Source: the human T2T-CHM13v2.0 reference genome, Homo sapiens
Reading direction: 5' to 3' (one strand)
DNA: 64,000 bases
Assembly: GCF_009914755.1 (NCBI RefSeq)
Contig: NC_060938.1
Below the pieces are notes generated by a model. The model saw nothing but the letters and a program-made list of their open reading frames with translations, did not search any database and was not told where the DNA came from. Shown one piece after another: positions 56,981-64,000 of the stretch; the stretch's first letter is position 1, and each line of letters begins with the position of its first letter. Both the position numbers and the translations under genes were made by a program.

Positions 56981-59610
56981 TGTATTGGTTTGCTAGGGCT
57001 GCTGTAACAAAATACCACAGACTGGGTGGCTTAAATGACCACACAGAAATTTATTTCCTCACAGTTCTGGAGGCTGGAAGTCCAAGACCAAGGTGCTAGC
57101 TGGATTGGTTTCTTCTAAGGGCTCTCTTCCTGGCTTGCAGGTGGCCACCTTCTCACTGTGTCCTCCTGTGGCCTTTCCTCCGTGCATATGCCTCCCCGTT
57201 ATCTCCTTGTATGTCCAGATTTCCTCTTCTTATAAGAAGCAGTAAGATTGAATTAGGGCCCACCCTAAAGGGCCCACCCTAGTGGCCTCATTTTAACTTA
57301 ATCACTTCTTCAAAGGCTCTATCTCCAATTGCAGTCACATCCTGAGTTTCTGGGGGTTAGGGCTTCAACATACGAATTTGCCGGGGGGACACAATTGAGC
57401 TTATAAAAGGAAGGAGACTATAATAAACAGTTTAATACCAATCAGCTTTGATGGGAGGCATCTGGGAAATAAATAGTTCAGAACAGTAAACTTTGCAGCA
57501 GAAACTGGAGATGAAAGTTTGAGACTTTAATGGAATTTAATAATCAATGCATTCTCTTGAAGTCATTTTACAAAAATCAATATAAATTTTCAAATACCTT
57601 ATTTGGAAAGCCACTGTGTAACTGGGCCAGATGGTCTGACATGAACTATACTCATTTATAGTCTTTTAAGGTAAAATGTCCTCCATGGGTATACAGTGTA
57701 GTAGTTTACTGGCACTGATTTTGGAATTACATTGTTCCGGTTTGAGCCATGGTTCTGACAGGTCCTGGTCTCTGTCGTTTATCCTCAGGCAAATGGCTTA
57801 TTCTCACTAAGTTTCTTTCCTTGTCTGTAAAATAGGGGTAATTCTAGTTCCTATTTCATAGGGTGGTTATGAGGATTACATTAACATATAGGCTTTGTAC
57901 ATAGTAAATGGTCAATAAATTGTAGCTCTGTTCACAGGCTGTTAGTGGCTTGAATTCCTCAGACAGATTCTTTATTAAACATAATTATTCTTTCTGCTCA
58001 CCCCTGAGGCTTAACCCAGTTTTTCATGCAGTATTATTTATTTATTTATTATTTATTTATTTATTATTTATTTCTGTTGCCCAGGCTGGAGTGCAGTGGG
58101 GCCACTGTACTCACTGCAGCCTTGAATTCCTGAACTAAAGGGACCCTGTCCCCTCAGCCTCCTGAAATGCTGGGATTACAGGCATGAGCCACTGTGCGTG
58201 GCCTCCAGTGCTATTTTATTAATCTTAAGAGATGTATCTGTGACAGTTCTAACTTGAGAACCTTAGATAGAGATAGTATAACATAAATTCAAAGCATTAC
58301 TATAGATTATGGTAAATTTTAATGGTTCTCATGAAAACAATAAGGATTTCTTTATCAATCTGAGAGAAATTCTGTTGGGAAGGTATTATAGCATTAACCA
58401 CTCTGTACTGTACTGTGTATATGTTTGCCTCCTTGGTTAGACTGTGAATTCTTAGAGAAAAGAAAACATGCCATGTTTATCTTTGCACTGTGATGCAACG
58501 ATGGTGTAGTGGTTAAGAGCATGGTCTTTGGAGCCAGCCTTCTTAGGTTGATACCCTGGTCTATATCCAGACTTTTGGGATTCATACTTGTTTGTGTGTC
58601 CTTGGGCAAGATACTTAACCACTTGAGAACTCACTCACCTGTGAAGTAGAAATAGTAATGATGTCTACATACTTCATAAAAACTTCTATGAGGACTAAAT
58701 GAACTAGTATATGTAAAGCTTAAAATAGTACTTGGTATGTAGCAAGCATTCAGTAGATTTTCACCATCATTAGTATAGCACATAGCTTAGCTGTGCTTAA
58801 TAAACATGTGTTAAGTGAATGAATAACACGGATTCTGAGTAGTAAGAAGTTGGTGGCTCAGTGCTAGCTGGCATTCTATAGCTAAGCATGCAACCAAAAT
58901 CGTATAATGAAGGACCACTGTCAGGGAACAGTGGCTTATGATAATAATGTGCTAGCAAAACCTGGAGGTAAGTTTCCTGTAACTTTGTAGAATGTGTGCT
59001 AATGCTGATGAGTCCAACACTGTGCCACACATTTTCCAGCAAATAATGAATACTTTTTGAGGGGGAAAAATCCCTGGGAAAATAAAATAGCTTCAGGAAG
59101 CCATGAAACTCTTGCTTTATTTTTGACTTGGCATAGAAGGTGGGGCACATACCTTGTTCTGAACCGAAGAAAGTGTAGTGAAAATATTATTTCATATTTC
59201 TCTTTTGTCTTTGGTATAGCAGAGTCTTCTGGTGCCCATACAATACTCCTTCTCTCTTTTTCCTTGCCAACAGTCGTGATTTTATATCCACCCCTCACCT
59301 TCCTGTTACAGATAAATCCTGATTTGTCTAAGTCAATTGTGGACACAGACACAACTCCAAACACACACACACACACGTGCATGTGCATGAGTGCACGCGA
59401 GTCTGATTTAGGAAGGAGCATAAGACACAATTCTGGCCAAAGAAAAATGAGGATAAATCTGTGATGAGGGCTTCTGGAAAAGATTTTCTTACTCTTAAAA
59501 AGAGACACGCAGGAGGAGGCAACCTCATTTTCTGCTGCACATTGCCACGTCAGGATGAAACGTTTGGAATTGTGACAGCATCTTGTAAGTATGAGGGGGA
59601 GCTAGCTATC
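56981..59610. mobile_element. MLT1A-like LTR (56981-57410), MIRs (about 57690-57930, 58500-58760), partial Alu (58030-58203), MLT1-like LTR (about 59150-59610)
   Basis: Consensus similarity; approximate. Confidence 0.65.
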
Positions 59611-59859
59611 AAAATGTAAACAAATTTTCTCTTTAGAATCAGTGAGATTTAATCTACGACAGAAATTTAAGCTTAGGTGTGAAATGACTTTCTCTATGTC
59701 TCCTATGAAGTTTGTGGTTATCTCATTATTACATTCTAGATTTCTACACTTTCCATCTAGTGCATTCAAATATGTTGACAATTTTTAGAGTTACAAATAT
59801 GTACTGTTGCTTACTTTATATCTGTGATTTTTGATCCTTGTTTCCAGAAACATCTTCAA

Positions 59860-63870
<4,011 letters not shown>

Positions 63871-64000
63871 GAGTGTCTAAGGAGAAGAGAGACAGCAACA
63901 AGCAATGGAAAAATAGATGTTGATGGGTATCTCATAGAAGGTTCTGTGCCCTACCTTTTGATCAAAGCCCCAAGGACAGGTAAAAACTTGTGACTGTCTA

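Overview
Human (primate) genomic DNA. GPR33 places it at chr14q12, between DTD2 and NUBPL. The only recognised gene is the chemoattractant-type GPCR GPR33 (minus strand, CDS 13218->12217), present as the null allele with TGA at codon 140. Most of the window is interspersed repeat: many Alus, a deleted L1PB-type element fused to a full-length decayed L1PA7-like element (21.5-29.9 kb), solo LTRs (LTR8-like, MER39, LTR12, MST/THE1/MLT), L2/MIR and old L1M. Main new observation: the non-repetitive islands on the + strand form a chain of about 20 GT-AG-bounded, largely phase-compatible decayed exons (about 2171-53763, roughly 1,300-1,450 codons). Their translation matches, in collinear order, at least nine motifs of human GREB1 as I recall its sequence, including the P-loop region and the C-terminal glycosyltransferase-like domain. 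This points to a dead third GREB1-family gene (unitary pseudogene) with GPR33 nested antisense in its introns. One exon is split by a nested AluJ>MST>THE1 stack that bounds the date of loss. The GREB1 alignments were made by eye from memory and need a real search. Repeat subfamily names are also from memory.
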